Part shown: in pieces, positions 1 through 11,235 of the stretch | Layout: every line of letters begins with the position of its first letter | Numbering within the stretch: position 1 is the stretch's first letter | From: Chiloscyllium plagiosum | Taxonomy: Eukaryota | DNA length: 49,455 nucleotides | Direction of reading: 5' to 3' | Assembly (NCBI RefSeq): GCF_004010195.1 | Contig: NC_057750.1 | Coordinates: forward strand, 3,899,450-3,948,904 | Notes under the pieces: generated by a model | Seen by the model: only the letters and a program-made list of their open reading frames with translations | What the model was told of the DNA's origin: nothing | The model's database searches: none | Translations under genes and position numbers: made by a program

Positions 1-399
1 GATGGATTCTTGTCAGGCAGGAGAACCAAAGGCTATTATGGAAAGGTGAGAATGTGGAATTTTGAACATTCACCCACATAGCCATTATCTTACTGAAGGG
101 CAGAGGAGGCTTGAGAGGCTAAAAGGGCCACTCCTGCTCCTATTTCATTTTGTTCCGATATTTTGTTTCTGTGACCCCAATTGAGGTCACAGCCTTTTAT
201 TTGAGAACCATTAATCTAAGCCATGGGTGTGTCCACTTGCTCATGTTAGCTGTCACTGCGCCTTGAAAGAAAAATCTCCTGTAGTTATACCTGTCAGGAT
301 CAAAACGCCTTTCAACCAATGAAATTATTTTGGAGTGTAGTCTCTGTTGTAGTGGCATGGTCAAAGCAGTGAAACAGACTGTTCTGTCCAACTGGTATA

Positions 400-719
400 T
401 CTGTCCAGATGCCTTTTAAACCGATGCAATTGTACCAGCCTCTATCACTTCCTCTGGCAGTTCATTCCATACACACACTACCCTCTGCATGCAAAGGTTA
501 CCCCTCAGGTCATTTTCAAATCTTTCCCCTCTCACCTTTAACTTATGTCCTCTAGTTTTGGACTGCCCCACCCTATATAAAAGACATTGGCTATTCATCC
601 TATGCATGCCCCTCATGATTTTATAAACCTCCATTAGGTCACCCCTCACCTCTGATGCTCCAGGGAAAATAGCCTCTTCCTATAACGCAAGTCCTCCAGT
701 CCTGGCAATGTCCTTGTAA
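400..719 (-). mobile_element. CR1/HER1-like LINE 3' fragment
   Basis: RGDLMEVYKIMRG...TRGHKLKVRGERF...QRVVCVWNELPEEVIEAGT, the CR1 ORF2 C-terminus. Confidence 0.85.
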
Positions 720-816
720 GGAGAAAGTGAGGTCTGCCGATGCTGGAGATCAGAGCTGGAAATGTGTTGCTGGAAAAGCGCAGCAGGTCAGGCAGCATCC
801 AGGGAACAGGAGAATC

Positions 817-844
817 GACGTTTCGGGCATAAGCCCTTCTTCAG
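817..844 (-). ncRNA. Minimal type I hammerhead ribozyme core in the PLE pLTR
   Basis: Minus strand: CUGAAGA-A-GGGC(uuau)GCCC-GAAAC-GUC, with palindromic ACGU in place of stem III. PLEs are known to carry minimal hammerheads. Confidence 0.65.
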
Positions 845-936
845 GAATGGGGAAAGTTTGTCCAGCAGGCTAAGATAAAAGGTAGGGAGGAGGGACTTGG
901 GGGAGGGGCGTCGGAAATGTGATAGGTGGAAAGAGG

Positions 937-1878
937 TCAAGGTGAGGGTGATAGGTCAGACTGGGGTGGGAAGTCCACGTTCATCCCCTGCGGTTGGAGG
1001 GTTCCCAGTCGGAAGATAAGATGCTCCTCCTCCGACCGTCGGGTTGTTGTGGTTTGGCGGTGGATGAGTCCAATGACCTGCATATCCTCGGTGGAGTGGG
1101 AGGGGGAGTTGAGATGCTGTGCTACAGGTTGGTTGGGTTGGTTCGTCCGGGTGGCCCAGAGGTGCTCTCTGAATCGCTCCGCAAGTAGGCGGCCTGTCTC
1201 CCCAATATAGAGGAGGCCACACCGGCTGCAGCGGATGCAGTAGATGATGTGGGTGGAGGTGCAGGTGAATCTGTGGCGGATATGGAAGTTTCCCTTGGGG
1301 CCTTGGAGAGAAGTGAGGGGGGAGGTGTGGGCGCAAGTGTTGCACCTCCTGCGGTTGCAAGGGAAGGTGTCGGGAGTGGTGGTTGGGTCGGTGGGGGGTG
1401 TGGATCTGACAAGGGAGTCGCGGAGGGAGTGGTCTCTACGGAAAGCTGATAGGGGTGGGGAGGGAAATATATCCTTGGTGCTGGGGTCTGTTTGGAGGTG
1501 GCGGAAGTGACGGCGGATGATGCGCTGTACATGGAGATTGGTGGGGTGGTAGGTGAGGACCAGTGGGGTTCTGTCCTGGTGGCGGTTGGAGGGGCGGGGC
1601 TCAAGGGCGGAGGAGCGGGAAGTGGAGGAGATGCGGTGGAGGGCACCGTCGACCACGTCGGGGGGGAAATTGCGGTCCTTGAAGAAGGGGGCCATCTGTG
1701 TTGTACGTATTTTGAACTGGTCCTCCTGGGAGCAGATGCGGCGGAGACAAAGGAATTGGGAGAATGGGATGGTGTTTTTACAGGGGGCAGGATGGGAGGA
1801 GGTGTAGTCCAGGTAGCTGTGGGAGTCGGTCGGTTTGTAGTAGATGTCCGTGTTGATTCGGTCGCCTGAGATAGAAAT
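937..1878 (-). CDS. PLE ORF remnant: RT C-terminus/thumb, Cys linker, GIY-YIG endonuclease (uninterrupted, no start)
   Basis: The frame extends upstream of the ORF-track Met: ISISGDRINTDIYYKPTDSHSYLDYTSSHP...PCNRRRCNTC...IIYCIRCSRCGLLYIGETGRLLAERFREH...VAQHLN...EEHLIFRLGTLQPQGMN. Confidence 0.85.
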   Translation of the reverse strand: MSISGDRINTDIYYKPTDSHSYLDYTSSHPAPCKNTIPFSQFLCLRRICSQEDQFKIRTTQMAPFFKDRNFPPDVVDGALHRISSTSRSSALEPRPSNRHQDRTPLVLTYHPTNLHVQRIIRRHFRHLQTDPSTKDIFPSPPLSAFRRDHSLRDSLVRSTPPTDPTTTPDTFPCNRRRCNTCAHTSPLTSLQGPKGNFHIRHRFTCTSTHIIYCIRCSRCGLLYIGETGRLLAERFREHLWATRTNQPNQPVAQHLNSPSHSTEDMQVIGLIHRQTTTTRRSEEEHLIFRLGTLQPQGMNVDFPPQSDLSPSP

Positions 1879-3447
1879 TGAAATGTTGAAACTTTATTGC
1901 TGGAACAGCACAGCAGGTCAGGCAGCATCCAGGGAACAGGAGATTCGACGTTTCGGGCACAGGCCCTTCCTGAAGGCGTCATCAGGAGTGGCTGCAGTGG
2001 CAAGGTGTGTCCGAATTGGGCTCAGGGCAGCAGAATCAAGTTTGGGTTGGTGTGGTACCCAGGGGCATCGGTGAGGTCCAGTGAGGACTCATAGAGGTAA
2101 GGGCACTGTGTCAGAAATTTGGCAGCCAATCAGTGCCCATCAGGATCAAACAATTATAATAATGATAACATAATCTGTTTTGTTAATGTTAGTGCAGGGC
2201 TTGATTAACTCAGCTGGATGTAGAGCTGGCTAAAATTCGCATGAAGGACTCTCCTTCTCAACCTCTCCCTTCACCTGAGGTGTGGTGAAACTCAGGTTAA
2301 GCTCGCCACCTGTCTCTCAGTCTGGAGAGCAGCTATGGCCTGGTAGGATTACGGTGACATTACTTAGTGGAGGAATGCATCTGGGACAGCTTTCTCCAGG
2401 TGTCCACATCTGGAACAATGCTTTGATGTCCAGTCTGACAGCACATCAAAAAGACAGCCCGTTGGCAGTGCAGCACTCCATCCTGCACTGCAGTACCCAG
2501 AGTGAGAGGTGCTACCCTCTGCTCTACCGTTCACACTTAACGTAAACTGAGGCCATGTATTCACTCAATTTGTTTTGCACTGATAGGCCCTAGAAATCGA
2601 GATGGTGAGCATAATCGTTACGCCAGCTTCGTTATTCTGAGCTCTGGCGAAGGCTGACCGTGTGGGGACGAGAACAGTCGCTTGATTCAGCGCAAACAGG
2701 GCGCTTGAGTGGACGAGGACCAGGAGTTATATAATTGATAGGCAGATGGTGCTCTCCATCCAGTAAATGCTAATAAATATGGGGAATACCGTCATGGGGG
2801 AGGGTGGGGGTCAAATGGCAGCGATGCCATCTCAATGTTGTCATCCTCTGCTGGGCATCAACGTTCTCTCTGAATTATTTGTGCGTCAGTCACTTCACTG
2901 GTGACTAATGTCCTTACATCAGGGTGATTGTAACTGGAATTTGCCATTGCATCAGCCCGTGGGGATACCGCAGAACTGCAGCCTCGCCCCTTGCCAGAAA
3001 CTTCAAATTGTAATCGTGTCTTTTTATGTTTAAAACGAAGGTAGATATCTGACTCGGAAGGAAGGGGAATCGAATCATAATGTGGAGCGGCAGAGGACCC
3101 TGAGTTTAAGGATTATTGTCAACCCCGTGGTCTGAATTGTGACCAAAATTGAAGAGTTGAAATAGAGACCAGCGCCAGCCTTTGCTGCAAATACGTGAAG
3201 AGGAAGGGGAGGGGGGAAGGAATTGCAAACTTGGGTTGTTGATCTTGTCTTGCAGCACTTTGCCAGTAACCTGAGGCGGGCTGTTGCAAATGTGCAAACG
3301 GTTTGAGCTCTTACTCCTTGGGTTGTGGCGACCAGGGGTGCGCTTGGCAAACTGGGGTTAAGAAAAAAAGCGAGTGCTTCGAAAGGGTTAATGGGGAGAG
3401 AAACGGGCGCCGCTGCAGTGAGCCAGTCCGCCCGCCGCTGCGCGCTG

Positions 3448-3468
3448 TGAGCTGTCCATGGTGCTGAA
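3448..3468 (-). promoter_or_regulatory. RE1/NRSE (REST binding site)
   Basis: Minus strand reads TTCAGCACCATGGACAGCTCA versus the consensus TTCAGCACCACGGACAGCGCC; 70 nt upstream of the TTC9B ATG in a CpG-rich region. Confidence 0.85.
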
Positions 3469-3538
3469 GGACAGCTCCTCTTCCAGGAATCTCGCCACTT
3501 ACTGGGGGTTAACTCACACGGACAAACGCTCACATTGA
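3458..3538 (+). promoter_or_regulatory. 26-aa upstream ORF ending in a TGATG overlap with the TTC9B start
   Basis: ATG 3458 gives MVLKDSSSSRNLATYWGLTHTDKRSH*; TGA 3536-3538 shares its A with ATG 3538. Functional only if transcription starts upstream of 3458. Confidence 0.5.
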
Positions 3539-4036
3539 TGCACAGCAAACTGCTCCAGACCATCAAGAGGCGACAGGTTTCGGATCTGGTGAGAAATGGT
3601 CTCCCTGTAGGAGAGATGGAAGCCAAAAATCCCCTGAAAGCGCAGAGCATCAGCCTCGGAGGCATATCGAAGAGGCAGCCCGGGACGGGGGCGAGGGCAG
3701 TCGGGCAGCCTTCAGCCAGTAGCCGGGACCAGGGGAGGGCAGCGGCGGACATCAGGAACCCGCCGGCTCAGCGCAGGGACGGGGAAGCTGAAAGCACCAA
3801 CAAGATCCAGAAGGCGGTGAGCTTCAAGACCGAGGGCAACCAGTGTTACAGGGAAAAGAAATTCCGGGAGGCGATCGGGAAGTATCACCGGGCTCTGCTG
3901 CAACTCAAAGGAATCAAGATCAGTGAGGCTGCGGCTGCAGAAATGAATGCATTGAGCAAAACGCACATCAGACTCACCGAGGAAGAGAAACGACTGATCG
4001 AAAGCACCGAGATCGATTGTTACGATAGTTTGGCAG
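3538..4036 (+). CDS. TTC9B: Tetratricopeptide repeat protein 9B, coding exon 1
   Basis: ATG at 3538 (the ORF track starts at an upstream TTG). Encodes KAVSFKTEGNQCYREKKFREAIGKYHRALLQLKG...LTEEEKRLIESTEIDCYDSLA, matching TTC9B as I recall it. Ends in phase 1 at GCAG|GTGAGT (donor 4037). A second in-frame ATG in stronger context lies at 3616 (MEAK). Confidence 0.93.
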
Positions 4037-4339
4037 GTGAGTGCCGGCATTTTAACCTGAGCTGACCCTTCGATTCGAATTGCAATGGCCATAGTATCAG
4101 AGACCATCAACCTTCCCAACACTAGATTTCATTGAAGATTCTGGCTTCGTGGTTCTAACAATCACAGAGATGTAACCCACCCACTCCCCTTTTACATTGA
4201 TCAATTTTATACATTAAGCACATTTCTTACTAAGCTTCTGGAGATGTACTGGTTTTATGATGAGTGGTATGAGGATCAACTGGGTCGTTTGTCTACCTAA
4301 TGAAAGGACAGTTCGCATGTTAAAACTGGGAGAGTTTGA

Positions 4340-4795
4340 GAATTCCTGGGAAAAGTGTACAGGCAGACTTGTTCACAAGATATGGAAGCTGACTTATAAA
4401 CGGATTGAGTTAGCCTCATGGGAACATAGAACATGCCATTGAAACATATACAATTCTGACAGGGCTAGACAGACTGGATGCAGGGATCATGTTCAGGGAG
4501 ATCCAGAAGTAGTCTCGGGATACAGAATAAGTCATTTTGAATCAGAAATGAAATGTTTTCACTCAGAAGATGGTGAACCTGTTTAATTCTCTACTACTGA
4601 AGCCTGTGGCGGCAAAATCATTTAATATATTCAAGAAAGAACTAGGTAGATTTCTGGAGGCCAAAGATATCAATGGGTATAGGGAAAGTGCAAGAGTGTG
4701 GTGTTGAGTTAGAGATCAGCCTGATCATGTTGAATGACAAAGTGAGCTTGATGGGCTGAATGGCCCACTCTTGCTCCTATTCTCCATGTTTCTGG
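4340..4795 (+). mobile_element. Old CR1 LINE 3' fragment
   Basis: Decayed ORF2 C-terminus and tail gggctgaatggcccactcttgctcc; a similar tail lies at 1-145. Confidence 0.7.
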
Positions 4796-6355
4796 GAGAT
4801 CCAGGAACTCAACTTTGAAAGGCAAATTATCCTGCTCTAGATTTGCGTAAGTGACCCAGTCTTATCGGTCTATCAGTTACTGGATGTGCTATGAGTGATT
4901 TACACCCTGTAGAACTCTAATTGTATATCACAGGTGGTCAAGCATCAGAAAGGCTTCACTAGCTGACTATCTTGAGTTTTGAGTTTATGAAGTGAGTGTC
5001 ATACCATGATAGTATATCAACTCTGGCTATATAATATTCCCTGTCATATTGCATTGACTAAAATCTCAACTCATTGCAGCTCCAGTCATGCAGTTCAATA
5101 ACACCTCAAATTACCTGATGCAGAATTTGAACCCTGATGTTTCCTGTTATTCATTGCTATATTCATCAAGAAGCAGAGAATATGAACATGGTATTAAATT
5201 GGTCATAGGCTCTGCCTGAATAATCTGGGTTGGGTCTGCTTAAATATGTAAATCATGCATAGCTGGTGATTGTTATCTGGAGCTTGTGAGTGTTGTGGTT
5301 TCTTAATGTATTCCAGCCAACGTGCTATCTTGTATAAATTCCTATCTGATGTTTCTGATCTCATTGTAAGGTACAATTTCTGATAAATCTGTATCAAAGA
5401 TATCACAAGGTATTGTAGTAGCCTTCAGGGAATATCATTTGGAAATCATTCCCTATCATTGCTTCTCTCCTGAGAACCCTAACTCAACTTGAGACCTTCC
5501 AGAACCTGGCTCATGTTCTTCATGTTTGACCCAGTAATTGTGGGCTGGCAGATGGAGTTATTGTAACTGAACTCAATCTTAGCTAGTTCACAGATTGTGC
5601 ACTGAATGGGTCACCGATAATAGGCTGGAGGGATACTGTCACTTTCACAGAGGTATTCCCTTGTGTTCTAAATCATCACCAAAATGCTACAACTAAGCAA
5701 TGTACAGAAACACCTCCCCTCCTCAATGTCAGTTAATTACATACTCTCTTCACTGTTATCTACAAATCAAGGAAAATCTGTTACTTTTGCAGTCCAATGT
5801 CTCAGAAGTTAAACAAACCAGCTGATTTATATTACCCAACTGATCTCAGAGGGGACATCCATTAGCATTCTACAGTTAGTCCTGGTGCTCTAAGCAAAGG
5901 TGGGGAAACTATCTCACCGCATCACAAGGTATTGGCTTCTGCCTTAGAATATGTGGGTGTTTGAACATTTAAGAATGTGGATTTTGAAGCAGCCACCTGT
6001 GGACTCTCGGATTCAAACAGCTGACAGCCAGCAAGAGAGATATAAGGCAACATACCGCTGGAGCTTACCCTTTGAGGAAAGGAGAATGTGGGAAATGATT
6101 GGACAGTTGGGATTACTTTAATTGCTAATGGAAGTTGCACTATTGTTTGCACAATAGAGTATGAAATTAATTAATAATTCAAAAATCAATGTTCCATATA
6201 ATTATTGCTCGAATTTTACAGTCCTACAATATTCAAGCTTCTATTGATTTAACTGTGATCTGATCTGAATATTTTATTTGCTGAACTAGCTATATATTAA
6301 TACATTATTAGATTCAAAGCTATTGCTTAAAACAAACAGAGTCTTATTTTAAAAA

Positions 6356-6745
6356 ATAAAAGCAAAATGCAGCAGTGTTGGAAAAATGAAACAAATGCAG
6401 CGAATGCCAGAGACACTCAACAGGTCTGGCAGCATCTGTGAGGAGAGAAACACAGTTAATGTTTCAAGTCCAGTATGACCCTTTAAGAGTCTAAAGAAGA
6501 GTCATACTGGTTCAGGCAGCATCCGAGGAGCAGTAAAATCGACGTTTCAGGCAAAAGCCCTTCACCAGGAATTGATGAAGGGCTTTTGCCCGAAATGTCG
6601 ATTTTCCTGCTCCTCGGATGCTGCCTGAACTGCTGTGCTTTTCCAGCGCCACTCTAATCTAGAATCTGGTTTCCAGCATCTGCAGTCATTGTTTTTACCA
6701 AAGAGTCATACTGGGCCTGCTGAGTTTCTCCAGCATTTTCTGTCT
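6356..6745. mobile_element. Nested PLE-derived fold-back elements (inner element 6511-6700)
   Basis: Inner inverted repeat of about 57 bp per arm around ggaat, flanked by a 14-bp TSD aagagtcatactgg (6497-6510, 6701-6714), inside an older pLTR palindrome. Confidence 0.75.
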
Positions 6746-7054
6746 TTGATTCTCAGTTTAGAAAACTTGTCAATTACAGCATAAGAAAGACCAGGATGCA
6801 GAGAGATAATGCGAAGGTTAATTGAAATGGTAATAATGTGGTTTTGCTCTGCAGTGATAAGGCAGAACTTTGTACCCATGATATTCCCACAAGAACAGAT
6901 TGAGGAGGAACATAAACTTGCATTTATATAGCGCTTTTCATGATCTCAGAATGTCCCAAACTTCTGTGCAACCAACAGAGTGCATTTGAAGTGCAGTCAT
7001 AGTTATAAAGCTGAAAACATACCAGCCAATTTGGACGCAGCAGGGGTGGTGGGA

Positions 7055-7410
7055 GGCAATAGTCTAGGGGTATTATTGCTCAACTATTAATCCAGAAACT
7101 CAACTAACATTCTGGGGACCTGGATTCAAATTCTGTCATGGCAGGTGGAATTTGAATTCAATAAAGAATCTGGAATGAAAGGACTAGTGATAACCATGAA
7201 ACCATTGTTGATTGTTGGAAAAAAAAATCTGGTCCACTAATATCCTTTAGGGAAGCAAATCTGTCAACCTTACCTGGTCTGGCCAACATGTGACTCCAGA
7301 CCGGCAGCAATGTGATTGACACTTAACTGCCCTTTGGGCAATTAGGGATGGACAATAAATGCTGGCCTAACCAAAGATGCCCACATCTCATGAATGAGTT
7401 AAAAAAAAAC
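7055..7410 (+). mobile_element. tRNA-derived SINE with A-rich tail, inserted in a minus-strand Deu-SINE-like element (about 6916-7610)
   Basis: B-box-like ggattcaaattc; 3' end ggcaattagggatggacaataaatgctggcc..gcccacatc..A-tail. Other copies at about 10633-10950 (-), 11140-11570 (+), 28210-28600 (-) and 34940-35450 (-). Confidence 0.65.
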
Positions 7411-9012
7411 CTTCCATAGACAAATAATTTAGTTTAGTGATGTTGATTGAGGGATAAGGCCAGGGCACCAGATAAAACTTCCTACCGCCTTGTTGAAATA
7501 ACAGTATCCCCCGAGAGGGTAGGTGGAGCCTCAGTTTAACAGGTAATCTTGAAGATGGCTCTTCTGACAGTGCAACACTCCCTCAGTACTGCGAGTGTCA
7601 GCCTCAATTGTGACAGAAAATCACTTATTGATTTATCTAGCCACATCCTATTCAATTGTGTTACAATGAAAACAGCTAATGCTCCCTAACCAGCAGCAGT
7701 CATCTATCTCCTGAGAGTGTGGTAAGATAAAATATAAGTCCAAATGTAGGAACCAATAATAAATAACAAATAAATTCCTCTTCAATTCCTGAAGGTGATG
7801 AGGAGGAAGTTCTAGTGACCCTGAGGTTTTTTGTAAGTGACTTCCAAATTTCAGAATCAAAAATCAAGTTGGAGAGCAGCCAACTCTTCACAGTCAAAGA
7901 AAGCAGCTTGCTTGGTCAGACTGTCCTGATCGATTAGGCTTTAACCCACCTCCCAGGGAATGGTATAGAGTGAGATTGCGAATTGAGGCCAACAACTATA
8001 TTAGGGGCAAACTAGAAAAGGAAAAAATTTACTTGTAAACGAGTCAGTGTAAGACTCTTCCTGACCAGACATGAAGGGGAAGCGTTGTGTGGAAAACATC
8101 ATCATTAAAATCAAACTTGTAAATGATTACAACATCACAGTGAAAATCAACATTTTTTCTTTCCCAATGCACAGGGCTCTTAAAAATATACCAAAGTGAA
8201 AAAAAAAGCTAACAGTACAGGGAAGCAGTAAATAAATTACCAGTAAATAAATCTGGACCAATTAATAGGGACCAGGAAAATTGCAGTTGAGATACTCAAG
8301 TTCTCAGCATTTGATAAGTATGCCAGTGATTTCCTAATGCTTTTCACATTTAAAAATATATAGTTATTTGATGTTACTGAAAAAAATACATTATTGGTTG
8401 AATCATTTCATCTTTGCACTCATATGGACAATTCACAAGAAATACCAATGAAAGCCAAAATAATATTTCTACTGGATGGGTTTTTTTTGGATAGTAATAG
8501 TGTTCAGGGATATAGGGAAAAGGTTGGAGATTGACACTAGATAATAGATAATAATAGTTTCAGTACAATGGGTCTTTTGCACTGTAATATTTCTGTAATA
8601 ATATGAGAGCAGAATGCTGATTGGCAACACTTCTACCAATCAGAGACAAGTTTTCAACCAATCAACACACTTGTCTTATATTGTAAGTGTTATTTTCACA
8701 TTCCTTTAGTAATTCTTGCCAGTTGTTCTAATGAGTGCAAGTTGAACACCTTTTCCAAAATATATCTTCCTAAAAATAACTCATAATCCCATTGTAGAAA
8801 CTTGAATACTCTTCTGGCTTTGAGACTTGTATTTCCCCCTTAATAGATTCCTTCATTATTTGTGTCGTGAACTGATTTTAATTTGATGTGGTGGATAGAC
8901 TACTCCCAACTACCTGTCAACTCCTGTCTTGTAAGTGTTGCTTTGCGCAGTTGTAGGCAGTTCAGACAGTCTTCTGCAAATAAAGGTAAAGTCTGGCTCC
9001 TCCATCATAATG

Positions 9013-9186
9013 GAGGAGAAAGTGAGGTCTGCAGATGCTGGAGATCAGAGCTGAAAATGTGTTGCTGGAAAAGCGCAGCAGGTCAGGCAGCATCCAGGGA
9101 ACGGGTTTATGCCCGAAACGTCGATTCTCCTGTTCCCTGGATGCTGCCTGACCTGCTGCGCTTTTCCAGCAACACATTTTCAGCTC
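9013..9186. mobile_element. PLE pLTR-derived fold-back insertion
   Basis: Near-identical to the pLTR at 720-840; inverted arms; direct repeat gctcctccatcataatg at 8996-9012 and 9183-9199. Confidence 0.85.
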
Positions 9187-9478
9187 CTCCATCATAATGT
9201 CCTTCTCACCCCAATACATTGGTTGACTTCCCTTCCATTAAATCATTCTCTTGTATCCTGCAATGTCCCTTTTTTTTGGTCAATCAAGTGAATGTCACAG
9301 TAAATATGGATGAGGAAGGACATTTAGCCATTTTAGCTCATTCGCCTATCACCCCTCACAATGAATGTATGCAACTAACTTAGAGATTACTTCCTGACTG
9401 CCAATTCCCATTACCTGCTGCATTCTTAAAGTGAGCAGGGGAGTTCTTCCTGGCTCCTTGGCCAATATTTATTCCAAG

Positions 9479-9679
9479 GTCAGAAGTCACACAGCTCCAG
9501 GTTATAGCCCAACAGATTTATTTGAAATCACAAGCTTTCAGAGCACTGCCCCTTTGTCAGGTGAAGAAGCAGTGCTCTGAAAGCTTGTGATTTCAAATAA
9601 AGCTGTTAGATTATAACTTGGTGTTGTGTGACCTCTGACCTTGTCCACCCCAGTCCAACACTGGGACCCCCACATCATA
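9479..9679. mobile_element. PLE-derived fold-back element (GGAGC stem-II sub-family)
   Basis: Inverted arms of about 70 bp centred on hammerhead remnants (gcagtgctctgaaagctt); related to 18935-19263. Confidence 0.7.
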
Positions 9680-9943
9680 ACATTGATTCCTTAATTGAAA
9701 TTGCGAAGAAACAAAGGATCTTATCATTTTCACAAGAAATGATTCTGGGAGTTTGCTGTGCCCAAATTACTTGCCTCATTTTCACCATGAGAACAGCAAT
9801 AAGTACTTAGTTGGCTGTGAATAACATTGGGATGCCCGATTCCATGAAGGGCACGCCTTAAAATCTGCCTCTAAGATCCACCTTTTGGTCACCTGTCCAA
9901 AATAATTCCCAAAAGGCTTGATGGCTGATGTCTGAAATGGAAG

Positions 9944-10153
9944 CAAAAGAGAAAATGCTGGAAAATCTCAGCAGGTCTGGCAGCATCTGTAAGGAGAGAA
10001 AAGAGCTGACATTTCGAGTCTAACTGACCCTATGTTAGACTCGAAACGTCAGCTCTTTTCTCTCCTTACAGATGCTGCCAGACCTGCTGAGATTTTCCAG
10101 CATTTTCTCTTTTGGTTTCAGACTCCAGCATCCGCAGTAATTTGCTTTAAATA
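9944..10153. mobile_element. Young PLE-derived fold-back insertion
   Basis: 81-bp inverted arms (9944-10024, 10034-10114; 1 mismatch), 9-nt loop, plus tail; 14-bp TSD gtctgaaatggaag (9930-9943, 10154-10167). Confidence 0.85.
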
Positions 10154-11235
10154 GTCTGAAATGGAAGATTTTATTTAAATACAAGCATTTGTTGTAGTCA
10201 ATTGTACCACACAGTTTTGCCTTCCCTGTATAATCAAAGTACTTGAATCAGTTTCCTGACGGTCTTTGTTACATTAAAACTGTTTGTGGTACCTGACACA
10301 GGTGGCATTGGGTAACAAGTATCAGTTTAACTTTCTGCAAATTGATGTGTTTCCTCAAGGTGTTTGTCAAACCTTCTCAAGGTTTTCTAGTTGGCAATGC
10401 TGGTGAATCAATCCGAAAGTGCCTTCGAATCAGTAAAACCATCGACATTGCATCCTGCCTTCCTGGTCCATCCATCGTTCATTTACTACTGACGATCCAA
10501 GCAGATCTGTTCTGCAGCAAAATGCATGATTGGACAGAAGGGAAATCCAGAACAAAGCCAGACACACAATTCAATGCAGAAAAGAAGGAATTATTCAATA
10601 ATCAAAAGAGCAAATTGGAATGTAGTCCAAGGCTTTTTTTTCACTCACTCATGGGATGTTGGCATCTCTGGCTAGGCCAGTACTTATTACCCATCCCTTA
10701 GTGCACAGGCTACTGCTGTGGGTCTGGAGTCAAATGTAGGCCAAACCAGGTAAGGATGACAGATTTCCTTCCCTAAAGGACATTAGAGAACCAGATGGAT
10801 TTTTCCAACAGTTTACAATGGTTTCACAGTCATCATTAGAGCTTTAATTCCACCATCTGCCATAACAGTATTCAAACCTGGGTCCCCAGAATATTACTTG
10901 GCTCTCTAGATTAATAGTCTAGTAATAATACCATTAAGCCATCACCACTGTCTGAAATGGGGTCGCACAAAAGGCTGAATGATCTTCTGTGTTGTATCAT
11001 TTTATGATTCTGGTGTGCACTGACGCTGCACTGACTCTGGCTCAGTGGATACCACCCACCCCCAGGAATTTTAAACTGAACTCTAACCATCAGTGCTCTC
11101 CTCTGAGCCAAGATGTCAATTTGTTGCCATTAAACTTAGTAATAGCCTATCTTAGTGTGGAGATGTTGGCATCATTAAAATGTCTCTGGGCTAGCAATCC
11201 AGAGGCACAGGCTCATGCTGCAGGAACACGGTTCA

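Larger units (their letters stand above)
720..1972 (-). mobile_element. 5'-truncated Penelope-like retroelement (Neptune-type) with pseudo-LTR copies at both ends
   Basis: RT thumb + GIY-YIG frame; a direct repeat of the pLTR at about 766-840 and 1897-1969, each with a hammerhead-like motif; abuts a CR1 fragment. Confidence 0.9.
3270..3900 (+). promoter_or_regulatory. CpG-rich TTC9B promoter / 5' exon region
   Basis: Local CpG/GC enrichment (gggcgccgc, ccgcccgccgc GC-box-like) against a CpG-poor background. Confidence 0.55.

Noticed and set aside
1122..2003. 293-aa Pro/Thr/Ser-rich ORF and overlapping + strand ORFs
   Set aside because: Alternative frames of the C-rich PLE; only the 937-1878 frame has RT/GIY-YIG motifs.
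3075..4122. Antisense ORFs (225 aa, 136 aa) over TTC9B exon 1
   Set aside because: Shadow ORFs of GC-rich coding sequence with no recognisable domain.
8883..9291. ORFs on both strands sharing MCCWKSAAGQAASRE
   Set aside because: Artefact of the palindromic pLTR insert.
9944..10114. pre-miRNA or DNA-transposon MITE
   Set aside because: The asymmetric tail, 14-bp TSD and pLTR/hammerhead similarity point to PLE origin; there is no evidence for miRNA processing.
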